A stretch of DNA of 60,029 bases from Flavobacteriales bacterium (GCA_041745875.1 JBGTIB010000036.1:1-60029), one strand, 5' to 3'. Positions 47,188 to 55,841 are shown, numbered from the stretch's first letter. Translations and numbers: made by a program. Notes: generated from the sequence alone by a model not told the origin.

Positions 47188-47481
47188 GGCGAGTTGTGTT
47201 GGGGATGATCGAAGATAGTTAGCAAACTAATGAAATTGCATGCGTTAGAGTTTCATGACGCAGGAGGGGGACCCTGCGGTCTCCCGGCCATCAGCTCGAC
47301 TTTATCATCTGCCAATGTAAGCATTGCAACTCTTGCAGATCTTACCACGGCATGCCCTAGACATCCAAGAACCCATACTCCAGCGGAAACGACCGAAACC
47401 CCAGAGCCCTATTTCGGGAGAGCACTGCGGAGGTTCTGAGCAAATGGAGACGCTCGCTGAACACGCTGCATAGGTCAATAA

Positions 47482-47568
47482 AGCACGGTTGTCCACTGCT
47501 TCGCCTACGATGTGTTGTGCTACCATGAGCTGACGCAACGAGTGGCGATGATGGAAGAGAATCACTGA
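47482..47568 (+). pseudogene. orphan 3' end (28 codons plus stop) of a second PhyH-family gene
   Basis: It translates to STVVHCFAYDVLCYHELTQRVAMMEENH*, against SMVIHCFADDVLCYHELTQRVAMMEDEH* at the end of CDS 41961..42935. In my hand alignment 23/28 aa and 71/87 nt are identical. A TAA at 47479-47481 lies immediately upstream in frame. Confidence 0.75.
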
Positions 47569-47610
47569 GCACTTCCATCTCGGGCACCCTTGTCACACTT
47601 CAAACAACAA

Positions 47611-47630
47611 CCCCCGCCTTCCGGCGGGGG
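47611..47630. terminator. GC-rich stem-loop between the phyH remnant and the convergent FN3 gene
   Basis: CCCCCGCC (47611-47618) pairs with GGCGGGGG (47623-47630) around a TTCC loop. Confidence 0.6.
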
Positions 47631-47675
47631 CTGCTGTTCATCAAGGCGCCGGCGATCGGCGCGTTGTTCTTCTAC

Positions 47676-48290
47676 CTACCCGATCAGCGTCCGCGCTGGG
47701 TCGCTGGCCGGGCTGGGCCCTGCGGCACCGATGGCCACCACCTGGTACCAGTAGAACCTGCCGGTGGCAAGGCCTTCGTCGGTGTAGGTCGCGCGGGTCA
47801 CCACGGCAATGGCTGCCCACGGGCTCTCTTCGCCGTCGTCCGGCTTGCGGCTCACGATGTACGAGTGTGCCCCGTACACGTAGTTCCACTTCACCAGGAC
47901 CTGGCCGCTGAATTCGGTCAGGCGCGCACGCAGGTTCTCCGGCATGCTCAGCAAGCCGATGCGTTCGGGCACCTTGCGCGCGTCGAAACCACTGCTGATG
48001 ATCACCGGGACATCACCGTTGGCCACGCTGGTCACATAACCAGCCTCCTGGGTGAGCAGTTCCATCAGCACGGCGGCCTTCATGTTCTTGTCCAACACGG
48101 CGGCAACTCCACCGCCCATGGCCAGCACATTCGCCGCCTCCAGCAAGCCGCGCGCTGTCGTTAGATCGGCAATGGCCGGTACCGGGGTGGCGAAGCTCGG
48201 GTTGCCCGTCATCTTCGTCTCCACCAGCAGCGACTTTGCGATCAGTTGGTTCACGGTGAGCTTGCTCACCCCTGCAACAACTTTCGACAT
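47676..48290 (-). CDS. hypothetical protein with a C-terminal fibronectin type III domain
   Basis: This is a 204-aa ATG ORF. The C-terminal ~90 aa (VLVKWNYVYGAHSYIVSRKP...YTDEGLATGRFYWYQVVAIGAAGPSPAS) fit FN3. No signal peptide was recognised. Confidence 0.65.
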   Translation of the reverse strand: MSKVVAGVSKLTVNQLIAKSLLVETKMTGNPSFATPVPAIADLTTARGLLEAANVLAMGGGVAAVLDKNMKAAVLMELLTQEAGYVTSVANGDVPVIISSGFDARKVPERIGLLSMPENLRARLTEFSGQVLVKWNYVYGAHSYIVSRKPDDGEESPWAAIAVVTRATYTDEGLATGRFYWYQVVAIGAAGPSPASDPARTLIG

Positions 48291-48631
48291 GGCTTTTGCT
48301 TTTTAGTGCGCACCTACCCCCCGGGCAGTCCGGGGGTGCAGTGCGCGTTCCTGTTTCCGTGTCACGCGGGCGCTGCCTGCACCGCGCTTGTTATCGGAAC
48401 GGTACGGCCGCTCGGAACGTACGTCCAGCAAGGAACACAGGCCTTCACAAGCCGGTTTTTGAGCACGAACTTCCGCGCCGTTCCCTTCGCCGTAACGGCC
48501 GTACCTGACGCACCCGCACACACTGCCCCCTTCCTCCCGACCATTCCTCGTTCAAACCGAGGAAAACACACGAACCTGGCCCGGGCCAGGCGCCCGGATG
48601 CATGGAAAATTGATGATCGCAACCCCTGATA

Positions 48632-48736
48632 GAGGGCCAAAGGCCCGGCACATACCAGCCCACGACGCAGTCGTGGGCGGACAAGCGATGCAAGCCCATT
48701 TTCCGGAGGGCCAAAGGCCCGGCACATCCAGCCCAC
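48632..48736. repeat. two direct copies of a ~31-nt REP-like element adjacent to the RAYT remnant
   Basis: GAGGGCCAAAGGCCCGGCACATACCAGCCCAC (48632-48663) and GAGGGCCAAAGGCCCGGCACATCCAGCCCAC (48706-48736) differ by one indel. The first copy continues into the hairpin GCCCACGAC-GCA-GTCGTGGGC (48658-48678). A 16-nt palindrome, CCTGGCCCGGGCCAGG, lies at 48575-48590. Confidence 0.65.
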
Positions 48737-48737
48737 C

Positions 48738-49010
48738 TCAGTCCCACATGTACCGCTCGTCGAATTCGATCCCGTGGTCCTTTAGGAGTTGACGGTACTC
48801 GTCCTGGAAACTGACGGTCCGGTGACGCTCCTCCTGGCCGTCGATGTAGTCCAGCAGGATGTCGAGGTCGTATGCGGACAGGGACGCATAGCCCCGCTGC
48901 CATGATATGTACGCATGGAGTTGCGCACGTAGCGGAGCCTTCAACCAAGGGTGGCGGAATTTGGTGCTGAACACGATGTGCAGTACCACTTGACTGAAGG
49001 ACTGAGGCAT
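48738..49010 (-). pseudogene. internally deleted REP-associated tyrosine transposase (RAYT, IS200/IS605 TnpA-like)
   Basis: The N-terminus MPQSFSQVVLHIVFSTKFRHPWL and C-terminus WQRGYASLS...DYIDGQEERHR...EFDERYMWD match the RAYT family ends. The product is only 90 aa, and the central segment that should carry the HUH motif is missing. Confidence 0.7.
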
Positions 49011-49219
49011 GGAATCATTTTCCTATTGATTGTTTCGAAGGACAAAATAAAGCGGAACTATATACTTGACACACCACGAAAACGAACTGATTTTCAGCCC
49101 TTTGTCCTGGTATTTTTCGTCTCGGCCTTACCCTTCGCAGCTTTCTTGCCCGGCACAGGGCGGCGTGAACGCCTTCCGCAACGCTTCCTCAAGCGTGTAA
49201 GGGTGCAGAGACAAAGAGC

Positions 49220-49702
49220 TTACGTTGTGCCCTTGAGCGTCGAAGTCTTCGGCTTTGGGGGCTTTCCTTTTTTTGGCCATGGCCGTTGCATGTATTGGAC
49301 TACTGACCCATAGAAGTTGCCCTCCAGGGCGGTAAGGGTTGCGTGTTCAATGTCTTCCCAATCGCCCAGCTTGCTTGCCCATCGACCATTCGGCAGTTGA
49401 CGCGCAACATGGGTAAAGCCTTCGCTATCCGCATAAATAGCAAGTCGCTCCATCGCAGCGGGGGTGCCCTCGCCTTCGGCTACCACGACAAAACCACCTT
49501 CCACTGCCAATGCGTGCATTACGTCCTTTACGTCGCAAGAACGGAACACGCCGTCGGGCCAGTAATATCCAGGGGCGGGATCGAACCATGTAGAATCATC
49601 ACCGACCGCCCAAGCAATGCAGTTGTATTCCTCAGTCTGGATACTGGTAACCCGGTGGTTCGATTCGTCCAGCGCGGGAAACTTTGTTTGAAATCTGCTC
49701 AC
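49220..49702 (-). CDS. hypothetical protein with a conserved YNCIAW...THVA Cys/His signature (possible papain-fold enzyme)
   Basis: This 160-aa ORF has a GTG start overlapping the upstream stop (GTGA at 49699-49702). Recognised motifs are EEYNCIAWAVGD and EGFTHVARQLPNGRWASKLG, with a K/P-rich tail. Confidence 0.5.
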   Translation of the reverse strand: MSRFQTKFPALDESNHRVTSIQTEEYNCIAWAVGDDSTWFDPAPGYYWPDGVFRSCDVKDVMHALAVEGGFVVVAEGEGTPAAMERLAIYADSEGFTHVARQLPNGRWASKLGDWEDIEHATLTALEGNFYGSVVQYMQRPWPKKGKPPKPKTSTLKGTT

Positions 49703-50631
49703 GATTTGTGGCCTTGTTCATAAGCCCAATCTATCCAGGCGCGGGCCATATCTTTGATCTTGCCTCGCTTTTTCGGAGGCACCGGATCGGCACCAGTCAG
49801 CAGGTTCAGGGCTGCGAACCAATGGTCGGGCTCCTTTTCAAGCTCTTCAATGATAAAAGGGACCGCATCGGCGCCCATTCGAATGATTTCCTTATAGGCG
49901 GGATGCTTCGCCATCTGAGCCACAGAGGACGAGGGTTCGCGTTCGGCTTTCCAGCGGATTGAAAGCGTCCGGAAACGCTCACGTAGTGATGGTGAGGAGG
50001 GTTGCAATTCCCAAAGTTCAGACAGACGTTCGCGGAAGTTACGCAAACGCTCCTCAATGCTGGTGGATATAGGAAGGTCGGTTGGCGGGGGCGAAACGCG
50101 GACCCGCTTCAACCGTCCACCTGTTGCCATGCGCCCATAGTTGAAGCGCCATCGCTGGTCGTTAATCTGACCAACGAACCAATTTAGTTCGGAAAGACTC
50201 ATCCCGAACTTGGGCAATAGCACACGAACGGCGCTCCCTCCATTGCCACGAGCACAGAAGCGCCACGGCTGGATATAAGCTTGCCCGAATGCCGTGACAG
50301 TCACGCAAGGCGTGTCGTAAATCTCCGCTTCAGAGGGTTGAATGAAGGCAACAATTCCGTTGTAGTTGTCCCCACTGGACACATACGGAATACTGCCACC
50401 TGCGTAATTCTTACTGCCCGCAGAAGCGCCGTTCCCGATATCGAACCAATCGGCCAGGAGGGTACGTGCCAAAGGTCGCGTTCGCTTCTTTCCCTCGCCT
50501 AGCTTGTCCTCAAAATCCAGGATCAACTCATCTGTAATCTCGGGTGAATTGGCTACAGTAAGCGACAACTGCCGAACAGAATCGCGACGATGGCGCTCGA
50601 ACTCCGCCATACCGAAATGAGCACTCGGCAA
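49699..50631 (-). CDS. HsdS-like target-recognition domain fused in frame to a HPAY...HWF helical domain; probably the expressed tail of a decayed RM gene
   Basis: The TRD-like block reads LADWFDIGNGASAGSKNYAGGSIPYVSSGDNYNGIV...AVRVLLPKFGMSLSELNWFVGQI...LKRVRVSPPP. The C-terminal domain reads RFRTLSIRWKAE...MAKHPAYKEIIRMGADAVPFIIEELEKEPDHWFAALNLLTGADP. The ORF starts only at TTG, and the frame stays open for 87 more codons upstream. Confidence 0.5.
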   Translation of the reverse strand: MPSAHFGMAEFERHRRDSVRQLSLTVANSPEITDELILDFEDKLGEGKKRTRPLARTLLADWFDIGNGASAGSKNYAGGSIPYVSSGDNYNGIVAFIQPSEAEIYDTPCVTVTAFGQAYIQPWRFCARGNGGSAVRVLLPKFGMSLSELNWFVGQINDQRWRFNYGRMATGGRLKRVRVSPPPTDLPISTSIEERLRNFRERLSELWELQPSSPSLRERFRTLSIRWKAEREPSSSVAQMAKHPAYKEIIRMGADAVPFIIEELEKEPDHWFAALNLLTGADPVPPKKRGKIKDMARAWIDWAYEQGHKS

Positions 50632-51006
50632 CCATTGCTCCGCACAGATTTCGGTTCCATCGGTAATGAAGCGACGCTCGACAACGCAAGCAAGATTCGG
50701 AACCGGATCAACTGTCCCATCCCGAAGGAAGTTTTCATAGAGGCTCTTAACAGCCTCCAGCTGGCTTCCTTCGATCGGTACACGGCGTTTCTTGCTGATC
50801 TCAAAGCCATCATTCTCAATACGCGCCAGGAAGGTTCCCCGGTCCTTGTTAGGCGTGTGTGCCTTGCCACAAACCTCCGTACCATCGAAGGTTTATCGTA
50901 CTACGGACAACCGACAACTGGCTTCTACATCTCTGGCGCTGGTCATGCGGGCGCTGTCCTGTTGCTTCACGTACTTGTTGAGGACGGCGGTTTGGAAGAG
51001 GGGCAT
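50632..51006 (-). pseudogene. fragmentary DNA methyltransferase: N-terminal 25 codons, an in-frame TAA, then an HsdM-like C-terminal segment
   Basis: From ATG 51006 the sequence MPLFQTAVLNKYVKQQDSARM resembles the N-terminus of Eco57I-like type IIG enzymes. A TAA lies at 50893-50895. The same frame then continues TFDG...DRGTFLARIENDGFEISKKRRVPIEGSQLEAVKSLYENF, which resembles the end of N6-adenine MTase domains, and runs without a stop or start codon into ORF 49699..50631. The catalytic MTase core is absent. Confidence 0.55.
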
Positions 51007-51272
51007 GGAGGCGAACCGCTTGTCGCGGGAGGGTGAAACTATGGTGAATGGGAACAAGGGCAACGCGCGAGGCGTTGGGCCATGAGGCACAGACGCGTAG
51101 GAATGCTGGGCAAAGTAGCGAACAGCAGCGACAATAAATGGCGCCTTAGAAAGCGTGGTAAAATGATAGTTCGGTACCCATTAAAGATTACGGGCATATC
51201 GCGTAAAAAGCATGCCTTTCACTACACATTCATGAATTCATATATTCGTCGTCCATACCAACACTCAAAGCC

Positions 51273-51881
51273 ATGAAATATTTCCGGTGGTCCATCGTGG
51301 GCGTTTTGATCGTGCTCACCATTCCATGTAGTGCCCAGCTATTGGGAAGAGGAGGAAAAACCAACGCAAAAGCACGAAGTGGCGTGATCAGGATGAAGCA
51401 GTTCAATGATACGCTTGGGACATACTTCTGGAGCCACTTCGACGCTACAAAACGCTCAAGCTTGAACTTCATTGATCGAAAGGGGAATGTAAGAGTACTC
51501 GCCGAAGTCCAACCGGATGCTGCTCTTGAACGGGTCACCGACCTGGTAGCAAGCGCCGAATGGGAGGGCGTGAGTGCTGAGACCAAAGTGACGGTTGCTA
51601 CTACCATGGCCGAACTTGGTCAGCGAACGGCTCCAGTGAATATGCTTCGCGATGGACTTTACCGAATTGCCGAATTGCGGTACAATGACCCAGAGGGATA
51701 CTCCCCGGAAGTGGTTGAACGCATGATGATAGCCCTGTTCGCCATGGTCCAAGCCATCGCCATTGACAAGGTTCCTGCGCCTGTAAATGAAACGACTACT
51801 ACACCGTCTACGGACGCTGTAGTAGTCAAGGAAACGAAGATCGGGGAATCTACCATTCCACCATCCACGCCAAAGAACTAG
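51273..51881 (+). CDS. hypothetical secreted protein (202 aa)
   Basis: It has a signal peptide (MKYFRWSIVGVLIVLTIPCSAQ). It is the only plus-strand gene inside the RM wreckage. No family was recognised. Confidence 0.5.
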   Translation: MKYFRWSIVGVLIVLTIPCSAQLLGRGGKTNAKARSGVIRMKQFNDTLGTYFWSHFDATKRSSLNFIDRKGNVRVLAEVQPDAALERVTDLVASAEWEGVSAETKVTVATTMAELGQRTAPVNMLRDGLYRIAELRYNDPEGYSPEVVERMMIALFAMVQAIAIDKVPAPVNETTTTPSTDAVVVKETKIGESTIPPSTPKN

Positions 51882-52213
51882 TACAGCCAATAAAGTTTGA
51901 CCGCTGCTTCAGGGATAGGGGCAGCGGTCATCTGAGACGCGCTTCGCAAATATCCTAGGTTCCCCTTCTGCGCTGGGAGACACTGAGGTTTTGGACGCCT
52001 GGGTGTTGAAGATGTCAGGTCGGTGGTGTCCATGCCCTTCAGCTCCACCACGGCGATGGCATTGCCGTCCTTCAGCACGGCGCCATCGGCCTTCCTGCTG
52101 CCCTTCTCGTTCTTGAACTCGCTGGTCAGCTCGTAGCCCAACACGCCCACGAAGTAGGCTGCTTGATCTATCACTAAGGCGAGTATAAGAATACTGAAGG
52201 CTGGGTGAATCAT
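51878..52213 (-). pseudogene. fragment of the PD-(D/E)xK nuclease region of an Eco57I-like type IIG restriction-modification enzyme
   Basis: FVGVLGYELTSEFKNEKGSRKADGAVLKDGNAIAVVELKGMDTTDL matches the conserved N-terminal nuclease block (D...ExK) of that family as I recall it. The sequence before and after it is not protein-like, and the ORF is only 111 aa. Confidence 0.5.
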
Positions 52214-52288
52214 CGAATCACTCCCTTCAACTTAATAGCCTCAGATAGTCGGGCTGCCTTGTGACTCAAGCTTGAGCTTTTGATCTGA

Positions 52289-54727
52289 TTATTTCCGGCT
52301 CATCCGTTTCCCGCGCTGCGCAATCTCCATCCCGCGCGCAACCTTTATCTCAGTTTCCATGATCAATTTCATATACCGTTCCTCCAGTTCATCTCGCTCT
52401 TCCGCTCTCTTCCGACAAATCTCACAAAGTCGCTTAGCCTCCTTTAAATCCTCAAGTGGGTCCCGCCCCTTCAGCAACCCCCTCCTTATTGTCGTGGTAG
52501 CGATCATATGAAGCACTACTGCGTTCGTGTGCATGAATTCCGGATACTGTTCGAACGCGTCCTTGCCGAGTTGCGCCTTTAATTCCCCCACATATCGCCA
52601 AGCCTCGGCCAGTTCCTTCTGCGCGCCCTCTCCTTTGGCCATCTCCGCCAATGCACAAGCCAATGTGTTCCATATCGATGCCCGGCATTGCGCTATCTGC
52701 TTCTGCACTTCACTCGTACGAACCTGCTCGATTTCTAACTCCTTATAGAGAACTAAAGCCATCCGACCATCATCGATGCACGGTTTTAGGCTCTTCCGTA
52801 CCGAGGGCTGCCTCATATGTTTCGCCCATCGTGCAACGCATCTACCATGATAGAAGCGAGGATCTTTCGGAGCGACCTTCAAGCCGTCATTTGCCCAGCC
52901 AATAGACAGTTCATCCTCTCCAAGTCTCCTTGCCACCCAACAAGCCAAGTACAAATACTCAACGTTCTTTGTCTTACTCGCTTTGATCAGTACTTTCAAT
53001 CTGTCATATATTTTATGTTCTACTTCTTCCCATTCCTCCTCGTGTGGAAAAAGGAAAAGCACCAATATTCTCAATATTTCCTGATGGTGGTCACCATCTC
53101 CATCAGCGAAGATGTACTCTAAGAAATCACGTAGCCGACTTAGCAGATTGTCCGAATCTATTCTTCCCGAACCAGGCTTAGTGTATAGATCGGTTATGCG
53201 CTCAATCAAGGAGCGAATCCTTTGCTCCTTGAACATAAAAAGTATGGGCAATCGATGCCATACGCCCATAATTCCATCCTTGGGCCCCGTTGTTGACTTC
53301 AATACCACGTTCCCCGATACGAGTCGGTGCACAGCACTCGCCAGCATCGTTACATAGTTCGAATCAAATATGAACTCATTGAACTTGGCTCTGTATCGAT
53401 TTCCAAAATCCCTAGCTCGTGCTTGTTTCAGTAGCTCACTCAACTGTTCAATTAGTTCCTTCTTGGCACTCGATACATCTGTGCCAATGGGTCCCGCTTT
53501 GAGCATCTTTATCGCTCCATTGATTTTTTCTTGTATTGTATTCACATGCTCAAGAAGCGCATGACCGACAAAATCTGCACGACACTCATTCAACCAGCTC
53601 CTAACTTGTTTATCGCTATCTGCTAAACTCGCATTTACTGCTATGTTGAAGTCCATGGAACCCATACTTCGGCTAAGCTGCTCAAGGTCATCGTCGCTTT
53701 GGCGTAAGGCAATCTTCTTGGCTTGCTTGCTTGTCCTTTCAGTTGAACCATCACGTATCATACGCTCCAGCAAGAGTTCTGATACCCTTCGGAATGGATT
53801 GGTCTCCGGCGTCAGTTTATAAATCTCAATCGCCTTGTCTTCTAACACTTCAGACTTCGATGGGGTCGATGACAATATGAGAAACCGAATCTTAAGGTCG
53901 GGTCGCTCCCTTGCCAATGCTGCATTGAAGTTGATTACAAGGTCGGCGGCCTTGCAATCCACGGCCAAATTCATTCGGGCACGAATATTCTGTATGTTGA
54001 TTCGGCGCCCTGCTCTCTCTCTAAGATCCGTTGCACGACTACTCGGACTACACGTCTCTATTATTGAACGGATATCCCCTAGTTCATCGAAAACCTTGTC
54101 ATCGATTCTGACCACAAGCTTATCCTTGAGGAGATACTCCAGTCGCTCTGCCCCTATCTTAAGAACCGAGTTCGCCATCATCAAGAGATACGGCGTCTGC
54201 TTACCCAACTCCTCTAGCACATGCGCGTTACCCTCCGCACCTGGCTCATCCATAGCCCTAAGTAGATCTTCAACCACCCGAATAGAGGTAAATCCTTGCC
54301 GTCGCAAACTGTGCAGGAAGTCTTGAAAGCGGCTGTATTCGCCGCTATATTCATCCAATAGGAATAAACGCCGCGAAGGTGTGCTTAATAGCAACATGTA
54401 TGTCGATTGCGCCTCCTGCGTCGCTCTCAGCCCGAAACGGTGAATTAAACCTTCACGCGCCTCCTTCTCATCATAGCCCATGGGCCCAATGCGCTGGCTG
54501 CCTAGTTTCAGAGGCAAGCAATACTCCTCGAGGTCATATGTATCGATGAAGTAATGGAATTTATAGCCTTGGGCCTCTAAATTCAATTGCGCCTCTAGCT
54601 TCCTGCGTGCCGATTCAATTCGGCCACCACGTAAATCCTCGAGCAGTCCGAGTCGCGGATCACTTTCACTTGCGTGCCCCAGTACTTCCTCAACCATCTG
54701 CGCGTGCGGGTTCCTCGTTGAGGACAT
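52289..54727 (-). CDS. unknown-function protein C of a three-gene operon (~812 aa): N-terminal alpha/beta region plus C-terminal helical-repeat (TPR-like) region
   Basis: This long ORF is AT-richer than the core genome. Its start (ATG 54727 or ATG 54697) overlaps the end of gene B by 38 or 8 nt. I found no Walker A, HUH, HNH, TIR or SIR2 motif by eye. The N-terminus contains FHYFIDTYDLEEY, and the C-terminal ~450 aa are helical repeats. Confidence 0.75.
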   Translation of the reverse strand: MSSTRNPHAQMVEEVLGHASESDPRLGLLEDLRGGRIESARRKLEAQLNLEAQGYKFHYFIDTYDLEEYCLPLKLGSQRIGPMGYDEKEAREGLIHRFGLRATQEAQSTYMLLLSTPSRRLFLLDEYSGEYSRFQDFLHSLRRQGFTSIRVVEDLLRAMDEPGAEGNAHVLEELGKQTPYLLMMANSVLKIGAERLEYLLKDKLVVRIDDKVFDELGDIRSIIETCSPSSRATDLRERAGRRINIQNIRARMNLAVDCKAADLVINFNAALARERPDLKIRFLILSSTPSKSEVLEDKAIEIYKLTPETNPFRRVSELLLERMIRDGSTERTSKQAKKIALRQSDDDLEQLSRSMGSMDFNIAVNASLADSDKQVRSWLNECRADFVGHALLEHVNTIQEKINGAIKMLKAGPIGTDVSSAKKELIEQLSELLKQARARDFGNRYRAKFNEFIFDSNYVTMLASAVHRLVSGNVVLKSTTGPKDGIMGVWHRLPILFMFKEQRIRSLIERITDLYTKPGSGRIDSDNLLSRLRDFLEYIFADGDGDHHQEILRILVLFLFPHEEEWEEVEHKIYDRLKVLIKASKTKNVEYLYLACWVARRLGEDELSIGWANDGLKVAPKDPRFYHGRCVARWAKHMRQPSVRKSLKPCIDDGRMALVLYKELEIEQVRTSEVQKQIAQCRASIWNTLACALAEMAKGEGAQKELAEAWRYVGELKAQLGKDAFEQYPEFMHTNAVVLHMIATTTIRRGLLKGRDPLEDLKEAKRLCEICRKRAEERDELEERYMKLIMETEIKVARGMEIAQRGKRMSRK

Positions 54728-55841
54728 CAAAAGCCAACTGCTCTCCTTCAGTCCCTTTACTCAGTTTTCCGTACAGCATTTCCGCAATAGGAATGTGCTC
54801 CAAAGCTGAAATGCGCCAGTCAATGCAACCGTTCAGAGCCATCTCGTCGTATTCCTTTGCATAGCGCATAGCTTGTGACTTCTCATCAGGCACCCTCAAT
54901 CTAACCATCTGCATGTTGTAATCGTATTCATGGAACTTGCTTATCGCCAGCAATACGTGGCCAAAATGCTCTTGCATTTCGCCATCTTCAACCAATTCCG
55001 ACATCCAACTTGCGGGAAGTGGTGCGCGGGTCTTACCCACCAAGTATGCAATCAATGCTCTGGCATATCTGTCATTGCGCAATAGGTTATCCCTGAAATA
55101 ATCCGAACTTAATAAGACCTCCCCTAGCCTGGACTGCAAGTTCAGCACGGTTGGGGTCGGGTCCGCATACCTAGTCCAATAGTGCAACATCTTGAGCATA
55201 CTCCCTTGATCCATGGAAAAAACTTCCAACTGTTCAGCAAGCGCTTCGTCGAAGGCCTTCATCTCATTCGGTCCCTTTTCGATAATTCTTGCTTGATGGC
55301 AGATATAAGAGTCCATGAAATTTGAGAACGCAGACCAGCCTGCTTTCAACACGTAATCCAGCGCCTCCCGAAAAAATGCCGCATTCATTTCCGGAACCAT
55401 TGACTGCAATAGTGCTGGAATGTCATCTACTATCCTACCCCGTGGCAAACGCGCAAGCGCACGCAGAGTCAATTGTGCGATGTGGTCGTTCGTCCATTTT
55501 CGACTCATTCGTTTGGAGAACGCTATATACATTCTATCCATTGCTCCCCATCGTGGCCGGATATCTGCGATTGCGGTCAACAATACATTCTGCTCATACT
55601 CGCCCTCTCCTTCATCGTCGCAACCGCTCAGATATCTGCCAATCAAAGCCTCTTGGAAGTCCTTTCGCTTCCATTCAAGTCCCAATCGAACTAGCTCCCT
55701 ATCAATCGCTTCAAGCCGTGCCGCATCTGTCTCATAGAAGTGGTCAAAAATGAACGTCGGCTCAATACCACGGACGATTCTATCAATCTCATTGAACCAC
55801 GCGTCGTGATCAGCAATCTTGGCGAATTCCTTCAGGGTCAT
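54690..55841 (-). CDS. unknown-function protein B of a three-gene operon (383 aa, predicted all-helical)
   Basis: Its ATG at 55841 overlaps the gene A stop (ATGA at 55838-55841). No motif was recognised. Confidence 0.75.
   Translation of the reverse strand: MTLKEFAKIADHDAWFNEIDRIVRGIEPTFIFDHFYETDAARLEAIDRELVRLGLEWKRKDFQEALIGRYLSGCDDEGEGEYEQNVLLTAIADIRPRWGAMDRMYIAFSKRMSRKWTNDHIAQLTLRALARLPRGRIVDDIPALLQSMVPEMNAAFFREALDYVLKAGWSAFSNFMDSYICHQARIIEKGPNEMKAFDEALAEQLEVFSMDQGSMLKMLHYWTRYADPTPTVLNLQSRLGEVLLSSDYFRDNLLRNDRYARALIAYLVGKTRAPLPASWMSELVEDGEMQEHFGHVLLAISKFHEYDYNMQMVRLRVPDEKSQAMRYAKEYDEMALNGCIDWRISALEHIPIAEMLYGKLSKGTEGEQLAFDVLNEEPARADG

Noticed and set aside
52265-52276. The 12-nt palindrome CTCAAGCTTGAG just after the gene C stop, considered as a terminator
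   Set aside because: It can form only a very short stem once a loop is allowed, and it has no T-tract. The evidence is not enough to call a terminator.
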